Shown: in pieces, positions 38,367 through 45,716 of the stretch | Layout: each line of letters starts with the position of its first letter | Position numbering within the stretch: the stretch's first letter is position 1 | Assembly: GCA_027004715.1 (NCBI GenBank) | Contig: JALTHG010000089.1 | Location: forward strand, 1-45,716 | Length of the DNA: 45,716 bases | Source: Deltaproteobacteria bacterium | GTDB taxonomy: Bacteria; Desulfobacterota; Dissulfuribacteria; Dissulfuribacterales; UBA3076 | Direction of reading: 5' to 3' | Made by a program: the position numbers and the translations under genes | The notes under the pieces: generated by a model | What the model was told of the DNA's origin: nothing | The model's database searches: none | The model's input: the letters and a program-made list of their open reading frames with translations, nothing else

Positions 38367-39590
38367 ATGAGTGAAAGCATGGGAGAGACAGTCAAGGATT
38401 TCTATAAGGGATTGTTTCAGGAGCGTTGGAGTACCACAGTCTGTGGGATCATGGTCGCCCTGTTGAGTATCATGATATTTGCCTGGGCCAGGCCATGGGG
38501 TGCAGTCGGTGCAGTGAGGAATTGGGCCCAGTGGATATTCTATGGCCTGCATATACACCTGTTTGATGAAGGCAAGCCGACAAGTATCTTTATAAATAGT
38601 GGCTCTGTCATCGGTCTGGGCTTTGTGGCTGGTGCCTTTATCTCGGCCTGCCTGGCAGGAGAATTCGCTATCAGGATACCTCCGATGCTGGAACTGGTAA
38701 AGGCAGTGTTTGCAGGGACACTCATGGGCATTGGTGCCGCTATGTCAGGTGGATGTAACATAGGTGGTTTTTATAATGCCCTGGGGAATCTTTCTGGCAG
38801 TGGCTTCTGTATGATGGCAGGTCTCATCATCGGGGCAGCAATTGCTGTCAAGTATCTCTATTGGGAAATGGAGCATATCTCCTGGGGTTCTGGCGGTGCA
38901 AAGACCATCAACTTTCCCATGCCACTCCAGGTCATTTTGGGGCTAGTAGCCATAGGTGTCCTTATATGGGGAGCCAATGTCTATGCAGGCAGTGGCAAGG
39001 ACTCCATAGTGCGGCTCAGTGGGTTATTGCTCATATCGAGTGGCATTGGTTATACAATGCAGCGCGGGCGCTGGTGCATGATTCAGGGTTTTCGTGAACC
39101 CCATCTGTCTGGTGATGGAACAATGGCCAAGTCCGTTGCCCTGAGTATAGCTATCCTGGCTGCAGGGTGCGCAGTCCTCAAGTATACTGGCCTTCGGGAG
39201 ACTATATGGTATGTCCGTGGCTTCTGCGGCTGGGGTGCCGTTGTAGGAGGTATTATCTTTGGGTTTGGTGGTGTCATTGCCGGTGGTTGTGGTAGTGGAG
39301 CCCTCTGGCGTATGGGTGAAGGACAGATCAAGTTGTGGTTAGTCGGTCTCTTCTTTGGTCTCTCTAATGCCGTTGTAGATGGGTGGTTCAAGTTCCATGA
39401 CTGGGAAGGAATGGAGGCATGGCTGGATGACGGTGTGACTAATGCCGGCAAATTTGGACACTTTGTCTACATGCCAGATACATGGCTTGGCTATGGTGGG
39501 AGCCTGGCCCTCATCTTTCTGGTAATGGCCCTCTGGTACATCATCCTTTCCTGGAATGAAGACTCAGAGAAACTAGTTGTGCCCATGTAG
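38367..39590 (+). CDS. YeeE/YedE-family sulfur-compound (thiosulfate-type) transporter
   Basis: Multi-TM protein with three conserved Cys motifs GGCNIG, RGRWCM, GGCGSG; ATG 38367 follows GAGGAGG. Confidence 0.85.
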   Translation: MSESMGETVKDFYKGLFQERWSTTVCGIMVALLSIMIFAWARPWGAVGAVRNWAQWIFYGLHIHLFDEGKPTSIFINSGSVIGLGFVAGAFISACLAGEFAIRIPPMLELVKAVFAGTLMGIGAAMSGGCNIGGFYNALGNLSGSGFCMMAGLIIGAAIAVKYLYWEMEHISWGSGGAKTINFPMPLQVILGLVAIGVLIWGANVYAGSGKDSIVRLSGLLLISSGIGYTMQRGRWCMIQGFREPHLSGDGTMAKSVALSIAILAAGCAVLKYTGLRETIWYVRGFCGWGAVVGGIIFGFGGVIAGGCGSGALWRMGEGQIKLWLVGLFFGLSNAVVDGWFKFHDWEGMEAWLDDGVTNAGKFGHFVYMPDTWLGYGGSLALIFLVMALWYIILSWNEDSEKLVVPM

Positions 39591-39656
39591 CTGACAGAGC
39601 CAGGCTTTATTCTCTGTACTGATAGAATCCTATAGAGGGGCCCGACAGGTCAAGGA

Positions 39657-40418
39657 CTATTGGGCCCCTTCTGTATAGGTCTCCTGTCTCTTGTGTCTCA
39701 AGAGTACCAGGATATCTCCACCTGAGGACTCCTGTAAAAGACGAACTTTTCCCAGGCGGGCAAGCTCCAGCAAGGCAAGAAACGTGACAATGATCATCTC
39801 TCTGTCTTCCTCCCTGAAGAGCTCAAAGAAATGTATCCTCTCTGCCTGATCCAGCATCTCTGATAGAGATTTTATCCGTTCAGAGAGGCTGGCCCTGGCC
39901 CTGGTGATCTCAATGGCCCTAGGGAGGGTATTATTACCCAGCACCTCTCTAAAGGCAGTAATGAGGTCTGTAAGGTCTACATCAAAGGTCCTTTCAGACC
40001 CTGAGACCTCATTACAGGACTCAGATCCCTGACCCTCTAATCCCCCCTCTCGCACAAACACATCCCTGCCCAGTATGGCCATAGAGTTCAGGCCTGTTGC
40101 CGCTTTCCTTATCTGGGCCAATTCCTGAAGGGGCCTGACTATCTCAATCCTGGGATCGTCTTCATGACTTACAGGATCAGACCTCGGCAAGAGCATCCTG
40201 GACTTTATCTGCATCAGGGTAGCGGCCATGACCAGATATTCACCTGCCACTACTACATCTAGTGCAGTCTCCATAAACTCTATATACTCCAGGTACTGTG
40301 CAGTTACTGTGGCTATGGGGATATCTGTAATCTTGAGCCGGTTTTTGTAGATCAGGTGGAGAAGCAGGTCTAAAGGCCCCTCAAAGGCCTCTATCCTTAC
40401 CTGACATGTCGGTTCCAA
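39657..40418 (-). CDS. scpA: Segregation and condensation protein A (kleisin)
   Basis: FEGPLDLLLHLI, EYLVMAATLMQIKSRMLLP, IVTFLALLEL. Confidence 0.94.
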   Translation of the reverse strand: MEPTCQVRIEAFEGPLDLLLHLIYKNRLKITDIPIATVTAQYLEYIEFMETALDVVVAGEYLVMAATLMQIKSRMLLPRSDPVSHEDDPRIEIVRPLQELAQIRKAATGLNSMAILGRDVFVREGGLEGQGSESCNEVSGSERTFDVDLTDLITAFREVLGNNTLPRAIEITRARASLSERIKSLSEMLDQAERIHFFELFREEDREMIIVTFLALLELARLGKVRLLQESSGGDILVLLRHKRQETYTEGAQ

Positions 40419-41404
40419 AGCGCACTCCGGACCTGGGCCATCGTAGACTGCGCTACCTCTCTAGCCCTCTTGGCTCCTTCTGCCAGTATGGCCTTTACCC
40501 TCTCAGGTTCTGTGGCCAAGCTCTTTCTCCTCTGCCAGATCGGGGCCATCTGAGAGATAATGGCCTCGGCAAGCTCATTTTTACAGGCCACACAGCCCCG
40601 TCTGGCCGCCTTGCATTCAGATACAATTACCTCCAGACGTTCTGGAGGGAGATAGAGTCGGTGGAGCTTAAAGGCTACACATCGGTTTTCAGGATCACCA
40701 GGGTCCTTTAACCTTGGCCTCTCTATATCAGTAATCATATTAGAGACCTTTTCCCTCACTATCTCTGGAGAATCTGACAGAAATATAGAGTTATTATAAC
40801 TCTTGCTCATCTTCCTGCCGTCCAGACCTGGAAGCCTTGGGACATCTGTCAAGATGGCCTCTGGTATGGAGAACACGTCTCCATAGAGATAGTTGAACCT
40901 ACGTGCGATCTCCCTGGAGAGTTCCAGATGAGGCAATTGGTCTACCCCTACAGGCACCTTATTGGCCTTATACATAAGGATGTCTGCTGCCATCAGGACC
41001 GGATAGCCCAAAAATCCAAAGGTAGCAAGCTCTCTGTCCCTGAGCTGCTGTTGCCCCTCTTTGTAGCTAGGATTGCGCTCCAGCCAGGAGACAGGAGTGA
41101 TCATAGAGAGCAGGAGCTGGAGTTCTGCGTGCTCTTTTATGTCAGATTGGACAAACATAGTGACTTTATCTGGATCTATCCCCACAGCTAACCAATCTAT
41201 CACCATCTCTTCTATATTTGATGGGATATCTTGTGGATACTCATAATTAGTTGTGAGTGCATGCCAGTCAGCCACAAAGAAATAGCATTCGTATGTCTTC
41301 TGAAGGCGCTTCCAGTTATCAAGTACTCCATGCAGGTGCCCCAGGTGTAATCTTCCAGTAGGCCTCATGCCACTCAATATCCGTTGTCTTATCTGTCCAG
41401 CCAT
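40397..41404 (-). CDS. trpS: Tryptophan--tRNA ligase
   Basis: SGMRPTGRLHLGH (HIGH), ADWHALT, VPVGVDQ, KMSKS. Confidence 0.97.
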   Translation of the reverse strand: MAGQIRQRILSGMRPTGRLHLGHLHGVLDNWKRLQKTYECYFFVADWHALTTNYEYPQDIPSNIEEMVIDWLAVGIDPDKVTMFVQSDIKEHAELQLLLSMITPVSWLERNPSYKEGQQQLRDRELATFGFLGYPVLMAADILMYKANKVPVGVDQLPHLELSREIARRFNYLYGDVFSIPEAILTDVPRLPGLDGRKMSKSYNNSIFLSDSPEIVREKVSNMITDIERPRLKDPGDPENRCVAFKLHRLYLPPERLEVIVSECKAARRGCVACKNELAEAIISQMAPIWQRRKSLATEPERVKAILAEGAKRAREVAQSTMAQVRSALWNRHVR

Positions 41405-41413
41405 AAATCCACC

Positions 41414-42058
41414 TCAAAATATGGTCCCCAAGAGGAGTCTGACAATAAAGGTAATTATTGGGACGATAACTCTGTCTATTAGCCCTGTAAAGACGAGCAG
41501 CAGGATCAACAGAAAGCCATATCGCTCAAACTCCAGGTATGGTCCTGCCAGATCAGGAGGAAGTATCCCCATGAGGACCTTGCTACCATCAAGTGGTGGG
41601 ATAGGAATGAGATTGAATACCGCAAGCCCTACATTGATCTGGACACTCACATATGCCATATAGAAGATTGGGCGGAAGAAGAGGCCTTGGGGTCCTGGAG
41701 ATGGACCTGATAGCGCAGGGATCTGCCTCATAACTAGGGCACTCACTACTGCCAAAAAGATATTGGCTGCAGGACCAGCCAGCGCGACCCAGATCATGTC
41801 TCTCTTGGGATCTTTAAAATAGCTGGGATTGACCGGTACAGGTCTTGCCCAACCTATGGTCTGGGTGAGAAAAAACACAAGGGTACCAATGGGGTCCAGG
41901 TGGTGTAGAGGATTGAGTGTAAGGCGTCCCTGGCTACGTGCAGTAGGATCTCCAAACAGATAGGCCACCCACCCATGGGCCATCTCATGCACAGTAACTG
42001 CCAGGAGTATAGGTGGCGTGAGTATTGCGACCTTCTGAATAATGTTGGGAAAATCCAT
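41414..42058 (-). CDS. Site-2 (M50) intramembrane zinc metalloprotease
   Basis: HEMAH, GRLTLNP, ALAGPAAN, FNLIPIPPLDG. Confidence 0.92.
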   Translation of the reverse strand: MDFPNIIQKVAILTPPILLAVTVHEMAHGWVAYLFGDPTARSQGRLTLNPLHHLDPIGTLVFFLTQTIGWARPVPVNPSYFKDPKRDMIWVALAGPAANIFLAVVSALVMRQIPALSGPSPGPQGLFFRPIFYMAYVSVQINVGLAVFNLIPIPPLDGSKVLMGILPPDLAGPYLEFERYGFLLILLLVFTGLIDRVIVPIITFIVRLLLGTIF

Positions 42059-42061
42059 GGA

Positions 42062-44722
42062 TCAGACTTCAGATTTAGACTTCGCCTGAAATTCTCTCCG
42101 CACCAACTCTATCTCATCCTCTCTGTACCTGACTTCTCCATCCAGTCTGGCCTCAAGCAGCCTATGGAATATGGTCCGAAAGAGGGGACCTGGCTTTAGA
42201 CCCATGTCTTTCAGGTCTTTTCCTGTAAGCATAGGTCTGACATCCTGCAGGTCTGTAATATACCTGGATATGTCCTGTCGGGCATCCTCGTCCCTGATAA
42301 CTGAAAAGAGATAGAGGAGGACCTCGAGATCTAGCCCCCTGAGCAGCCAATATAACTCGCTATCCTTCATAAAGGGCCTCCTGGAAAGGACCTCCATAGT
42401 CTTCTCTGCGATCTCCTTTCCCTCTACAGAGGCCCTTTTGTCTGAGCCGTCAAGGCCCAAACGGTCTACCAGCCTCTTTACCTCTTTGGGCCTCAGTCCA
42501 TTTAGGAGTACCAGCAGATATACCAGCCACTTCTTTGGTCTCTGTGGACGAAAGAGCAGGGCATACCAGGCCAGGACATCATGGGTATGGCCAAGGAGCT
42601 CTTCCATCTCTGGCCCCAACTTGAGGTCTGAATGGATCGCCTTCAGCACTCCCAGCCTGTCCATCCTCCTGATGGCAGGTCTTGGATCAGGTTCATTCAG
42701 GATCAGGATGAGCTCGCTTAAAATACGCCTCCCAGAGAGCCTTGATATGATGTCAAGACGTAGTGCATTCTGGATCAGCCTCAAGGTATGCTTGCCCAAC
42801 CTGAAACCATATCTCTGCTCAAAACGGATTGCCCGAAAGACCCTGGTCGGGTCCTCCACAAAACTCAGGCTGTGGAGGACCCTTATGATGTGGTCCTTGA
42901 GGTCTCTTTGACCACCAAAGAAGTCTATTAAGAGGCCAGATTCCCTGCGATTTAGCTTAATGGCCAGGGTATTGATAGTAAAATCTCTGCGGAATAGGTC
43001 CAGTTTTATAGATGAAAGGGCCACTGTGGGCATGGCAGCGGGGTATTTATAATACTCCCATCGGGCAGTCGCCACATCTATCTTGAAACCATCAGGGAGG
43101 ATTATAACTGCAGTCCCAAACTTTTGGTGGGTATAGAGCCTTGCCCCAAGGGCCTGGGCAAAGGCCTCAGCAAAGACTATTCCATTTCCTTCAACCACCA
43201 GGTCTATATCCAGATTAGGCCTTTTCAATAGCAGGTCTCTCACAAAACCCCCCACCACATAGACATGAAAGCCCAGGTCTTCTGCCACTTTTCCTGCATT
43301 TAATAATAGATCGAGCGTGTGGGGTGAGAGTCTATCTCTCATCAGAGAGAGGACATTCTTGCGCTGTTCCCTTCCGGAGAGCAGGTCATCAGGTTGTCTT
43401 GTGGGATCTCCAGTCAATATCTGGAGCAGGTCTGTCCTGGTGATCACCCCCTTTATCTGGTCTGCATCTACTACAGGGACAAAGCGCTGACGGTGATTGA
43501 CTATAATCTCTTGGACCCTGGTAAAGGTATCCTCTGGAGAGATTGTCTCAAAGTCCGTGGTCATATACTCACGTACCATCAGATCAGAGAGTCCATGGTA
43601 TATTGCTTTTTCTATAGTCCTGCGAGAAATAAGGCCCTGCACCTTACCTCTGTAGACTACAGGAAGTACGGTAATGCCATAGCGCGTCAGCTTGTCATGG
43701 GCCTCAGAAATCGAGGTGTCGGGCAGGACTGAGATAGCTGGATATGACATTATATCTTTTACCTTGGGTTCTGTCCCTAACTGTCTGTGTAGTTCTGAGA
43801 GGAGACGTTCTTCGGCCTCAGCCAGGGTCATGCCCTTCAAGGTAGCAGATGCAGCCATGGGATGGCCTCCCCCACCAATTGCCTTCAGGAGTCTTCCTAC
43901 ATCCAGCCTCTCATCTCGACTACGGCCTACTATCAATATCTGGCCCCCCATAGAGGCTATAGCAAAGAATACAGAAAGCCTCTCCATATCCATGATTTCA
44001 CGGGCCAGGAGGGCGAAGTTATCCACATAGGTCGGCGACGATGTCTTTGCGATAGTAACAGGGATACCCACCAGGGTATAGGTAGCAGCAGTATTCAAGA
44101 GGTCATTTAAGAGTTCTACGTGCTCAGGGGTAAATCTGTGTCCAAGCAATTCAGATACTGTCTTGAGGTCTGCACGCCTGCACAGGAGCCAGGCAGCCGC
44201 CTCCAGGTCTTCTGGAGTAGTAGAGCTAAAGGTAAAAGACCCGGTGTCTTCATATATACCCATAGCCAGAAAGGTGGCCTCTTCAGGACTTATATCTATC
44301 TCCTTCTTTCTGAGAAAATGGATCATAAGGGTAGTATTTGCACCTACAGGCCTGAAAAAGACCTTTGTGGCCTTTATATTTCCAGAGGAAAGAGGTGAGT
44401 GATGGTCATATAGATGTACCTCTACATCAGGTCTATCTAAGAGAGGGGCCAATCTGCCAATTCGGTCTTTTTGGTTGGTATCTACTATTACCAGGAGCCT
44501 TACCTGATCGAGGTCTATATCTCTCAGGCGTTTTATGTCTATAAAATAGCGGCCTGATTTCAGGAGAAAGTCCCGCAGATCTCTTCCTTGAGAGCCAGGC
44601 AACACGATCTGTGCCCCAGGATAGAGCTTGGTAGCAACCAGGCAAGAGGCCAGCGCATCAAAATCTGCATTGAGATGAGAGGTAATGACTGTTGTAGGGG
44701 AATTTTTTGAACTCTTGGCCAA
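42062..44722 (-). CDS. DHH-CBS-tRNA nucleotidyltransferase (A-adding type architecture)
   Basis: SHLNADFDA, DHH, DTGSF, GGGHPMAASA (DHH/DHHA1); CBS pair; VGGFVRDLL, DIDLVV, RRDFTIN, EDPTR. Confidence 0.88.
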   Translation of the reverse strand: MAKSSKNSPTTVITSHLNADFDALASCLVATKLYPGAQIVLPGSQGRDLRDFLLKSGRYFIDIKRLRDIDLDQVRLLVIVDTNQKDRIGRLAPLLDRPDVEVHLYDHHSPLSSGNIKATKVFFRPVGANTTLMIHFLRKKEIDISPEEATFLAMGIYEDTGSFTFSSTTPEDLEAAAWLLCRRADLKTVSELLGHRFTPEHVELLNDLLNTAATYTLVGIPVTIAKTSSPTYVDNFALLAREIMDMERLSVFFAIASMGGQILIVGRSRDERLDVGRLLKAIGGGGHPMAASATLKGMTLAEAEERLLSELHRQLGTEPKVKDIMSYPAISVLPDTSISEAHDKLTRYGITVLPVVYRGKVQGLISRRTIEKAIYHGLSDLMVREYMTTDFETISPEDTFTRVQEIIVNHRQRFVPVVDADQIKGVITRTDLLQILTGDPTRQPDDLLSGREQRKNVLSLMRDRLSPHTLDLLLNAGKVAEDLGFHVYVVGGFVRDLLLKRPNLDIDLVVEGNGIVFAEAFAQALGARLYTHQKFGTAVIILPDGFKIDVATARWEYYKYPAAMPTVALSSIKLDLFRRDFTINTLAIKLNRRESGLLIDFFGGQRDLKDHIIRVLHSLSFVEDPTRVFRAIRFEQRYGFRLGKHTLRLIQNALRLDIISRLSGRRILSELILILNEPDPRPAIRRMDRLGVLKAIHSDLKLGPEMEELLGHTHDVLAWYALLFRPQRPKKWLVYLLVLLNGLRPKEVKRLVDRLGLDGSDKRASVEGKEIAEKTMEVLSRRPFMKDSELYWLLRGLDLEVLLYLFSVIRDEDARQDISRYITDLQDVRPMLTGKDLKDMGLKPGPLFRTIFHRLLEARLDGEVRYREDEIELVRREFQAKSKSEV

Positions 44723-44813
44723 AAAAGAACCTTCTTAGAGGGAATTTTGCTACTCGTCTGTCTGGATTTATCCTGCAGACGAGTAGCAGACTCTGTCTTT
44801 CTGATGACTATAG

Positions 44814-44830
44814 GTAATGTTCACATCCCT
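44814..44830 (+). repeat. Isolated family-A terminus abutting the family-B element
   Basis: GTAATGTTCACATCCCT. Confidence 0.55.
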
Positions 44831-44833
44831 TAT

Positions 44834-45088
44834 CCCAGATTATGCACTTCAAATGCCGAACAAGATGATTCCTTTTATAATTTCAGTAGATTATCGTTAA
44901 TATAATGTCAAAAAATATTCACCTAAATGGTGACAGTCTCCAACAGCAGAAACGTCCGGCATTTGAAGCCACAAGGGGCTCGCAATTTCACCGAATTTGC
45001 TGCGTTGTCGGGCACTTGAATGACCATAGTACGTCTGCGTACCCTCCGCCTTGCACCTCCGGCAAACTTGCAAGCTGCATAATCTGGG
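44834..45088. mobile_element. Long (255-bp) family-B MITE with IS1380-like termini
   Basis: Perfect 13-bp IRs CCCAGATTATGCA/TGCATAATCTGGG and a perfect 5-bp TSD CTTAT (44829-44833 and 45089-45093). Confidence 0.88.
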
Positions 45089-45089
45089 C

Positions 45090-45545
45090 TTATAGATTTA
45101 CCTTATATGGATTGATGGTAATGACTGGGCAAGTGGCATCTCTGACCACACCTGTTGCTACACTACCAAACATGATCTGCTCCAGACCCTTTCTTCCATG
45201 GGTCCCCATTATAATCATATCTATCCCATTTTTATTGGCATAATCTATAATCTTTTCTGCTATATCCCCTACCTCTACTATAGTCTTTACGTCTTTTATA
45301 TCAGACATGTACTCATCTACAAAGCGGCTCATTGCCTTCTCAGCACCGCCTATAAGATCCTCCTTGAGAGAAGAATACCAGGCAATACCCAATTCAAAAC
45401 CGGCATAATCTCCTGCTCCCCTCACCACATGAATGAGCTCTATTTTTGCCCCCATTTTTTCTGCCATGAATTTTACATAAGGCAAGATCTTAGGTGAATT
45501 CTCAAAAAAGTCTATAGGAAACAGAATCTTTTTGACCTCTATCAT
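45090..45545 (-). CDS. Universal stress protein (UspA family)
   Basis: KKILFPIDF, LIHVV, IIMGTHGRKG, FGSVATGVV, CPVITI; ATG 45545 follows AGGAGG. Confidence 0.93.
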   Translation of the reverse strand: MIEVKKILFPIDFFENSPKILPYVKFMAEKMGAKIELIHVVRGAGDYAGFELGIAWYSSLKEDLIGGAEKAMSRFVDEYMSDIKDVKTIVEVGDIAEKIIDYANKNGIDMIIMGTHGRKGLEQIMFGSVATGVVRDATCPVITINPYKVNL

Positions 45546-45669
45546 TTGAAAGCCTCCTTTTTTTACCCTTTTGTTGGGCCAATCCCTTAAACCTATCTGC
45601 CTATAAGTCATATTTATAGTTTTATCAGTCTTATTGACCATGTGTCAAGGTCATAAGATAGGGGCCATC

Positions 45670-45706
45670 GTAAGTCTTCACATCCCCGGCCAGTGGTGGC
45701 CTTTTG
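45670..45706 (+). repeat. Family-A MITE left end near the window edge
   Basis: GTAAGTCTTCACATCCCCGGCCAGTGGTGGCCTTTT. Confidence 0.75.
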
Positions 45707-45716
45707 ATCTGAAAAA

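Noticed and set aside
38367-39590. YeeE as part of a yedE-tusA-dsrE sulfur-disproportionation cluster
   Set aside because: No tusA or dsrE neighbours are present; the gene is flanked by dusB and scpA
1-45716. CRISPR array, prophage, rRNA or anti-phage defence locus
   Set aside because: No regularly spaced repeats or corresponding genes were seen; the repeats found are dispersed inverted-repeat elements

Overview
A mostly housekeeping 45.7-kb bacterial window. Gene order and protein style point to a Desulfobacterota (deltaproteobacterial) anaerobe; this is inferred, not searched. From left to right it carries: xerC-hslVU-argBDF; a selenocysteine-containing selD (in-frame UGA plus SECIS hairpin, truncated in the ORF track); serA and a class-V aminotransferase; tRNA-Arg and rpsU; rho-rpmE-prfA-prmC; a TolC/HlyD/ABC exporter; lpxC with a sigma54 promoter and tandem enhancer-like sites; sixA-rnc-era; tRNA-Val and tRNA-Asp; an ElyC-like gene and an orphan histidine kinase; a corrin-ring operon; cobU; a divergent three-gene biotin-dependent carboxylase; dusB; a YeeE/YedE transporter; and usp, a DHH-CBS nucleotidyltransferase, an M50 protease, trpS and scpA. 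The strongest leads are: (1) aerobic-pathway CobF sits inside an otherwise anaerobic-type cbi operon, in the slot where CbiD is expected; (2) an AccA-AccD fusion carboxylase with a tandem-biotinyl-domain carrier; (3) two families of miniature inverted-repeat elements (IS66-like with 8-bp TSDs, IS1380-like with 5-bp TSDs) in many intergenic gaps, including the rho leader; (4) a cbiG/cbiH junction with no canonical start codon. No transposase, prophage or CRISPR array was seen. All calls come from reading motifs by eye; no searches were run.
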